From Eledone cirrhosa (taxonomy: Eukaryota): DNA of 64,000 bases. The DNA lies in the NCBI GenBank assembly GCA_964016885.1, contig OZ024748.1, forward strand, positions 49,166,001 to 49,230,000. The letters are read 5' to 3'. The position numbers were made by a program, and so were the translations under genes. The notes beneath the pieces are model-generated. The model searched no databases, was not told the DNA's origin, and saw only the letters and a program-made list of their open reading frames with translations. Below are positions 63,096 to 64,000 of the stretch, piece by piece (the first letter of the stretch is position 1; each line of letters opens with the position of its first letter).

Positions 63096-64000
63096 GTAGG
63101 TTTTTCCGCTCTTCCTTCAGCATTCTTTCATCGGTAATAACAAATCGAGCTGTGGCCCCGGCCCGACTTACGCTCAGATCCATCACTACTTGCTCGCATG
63201 ACTTGAAAACAAGTTTGTTTACATTCACTTTTCTTATTGGAGATAGTAGTAGATGGTCTTTAATTTATTGTCGTTGGCATGGCATGCATTGTGCACTTAA
63301 ACAACAGTACTTTTAATATTGTTATATGGATGAGTGACGAAGCGCAACCGACAGATAGTGTGAGGGGTGGGCTAACACCCGGCGAGGCGAGTCTGCGACC
63401 CGGTTTCGTTTCCAAGTTGAAAGCTGTTATTATTTTCACCAACGATGCTACTGACAAACTCATGAACGCCACATAACCTCCTTTCTGTTATATAGCAATA
63501 AATCTGAAAAATGTGTGCCTATATGTAGAAATGATCGTCGTTACACGACCAGGTCCGTAGTTGTCAACACGACTGCTGTCTTGCAGTCCTCCGCCTATTT
63601 GCTTGTTATGAAGGCGTGGTGTCGGATTGTTTTGCCGGTATCAAACGAAGCTGGTCACATCTATCTATCTATCTACCTACCCCCCTTTTGGGAATTTCGT
63701 TTGTATGTAAACTCCCCAATTGTATTTGTCCCCATCTTTTGCGCCCTTGTGGCAAATAAAGAAATATATCTATCTATCTGCCCCCCTCCCATCTGTATAT
63801 GTATCTATCCATGTATCTATCGATTTATTTATCTATCTAACCCCCATTTGTATATCTATATATCTATATATCTATATATCTATGTGTATACGTATGTATG
63901 TACGTATGTATGTAGGTAGGTATTTATATATTTGTCTAACTCTCCATCTGTATATGCATCTATCTACACATTTATCCATGTATCTCTCTATCGATCTATA

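Noticed and set aside
63279-63476. ORF containing MSDEAQPTDSVRGG as a JAZF1 exon
   Set aside because: No resemblance to JAZF1 and no convincing acceptor; an alternative first exon cannot be excluded.

Overview
AT-rich, microsatellite- and retroelement-dense animal genomic DNA. The SINE families and repeat style suggest an octopod cephalopod (inference). Three spliced protein-coding genes can be built by hand from GT-AG exons with consistent phases. (1) The 5' end of furry (FRY/FRYL) on the minus strand: 8 exons at 82-10500, continuing off the left edge, with a candidate first coding exon at 33279-33298. (2) A complete mitochondrial ATP synthase subunit c gene (ATP5MC-like, minus strand, CDS 59020-62434 in 5 coding exons, 151 aa). 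(3) The first exon of JAZF1 (plus strand, 62996-63095), head-to-head with ATP5MC across a promoter carrying an NRF-1 site. The rest is decayed LINEs (RTE/Expander, CR1-like, restriction-endonuclease-type R4/Dong/NeSL-like), tRNA-derived SINEs, MITEs, 56-bp and 42-bp minisatellites and simple repeats. The most notable hidden signal is a set of about 10 minimal hammerhead-ribozyme motifs (CUGANGA...GAAA..UH) tied to Penelope-like element termini, several inside long fold-backs. One is an apparently perfect 255-bp-arm palindrome (23599-24113) with a hammerhead on each strand. Most ORFs in the supplied track are repeat artefacts. All calls are by eye; no searches were run.
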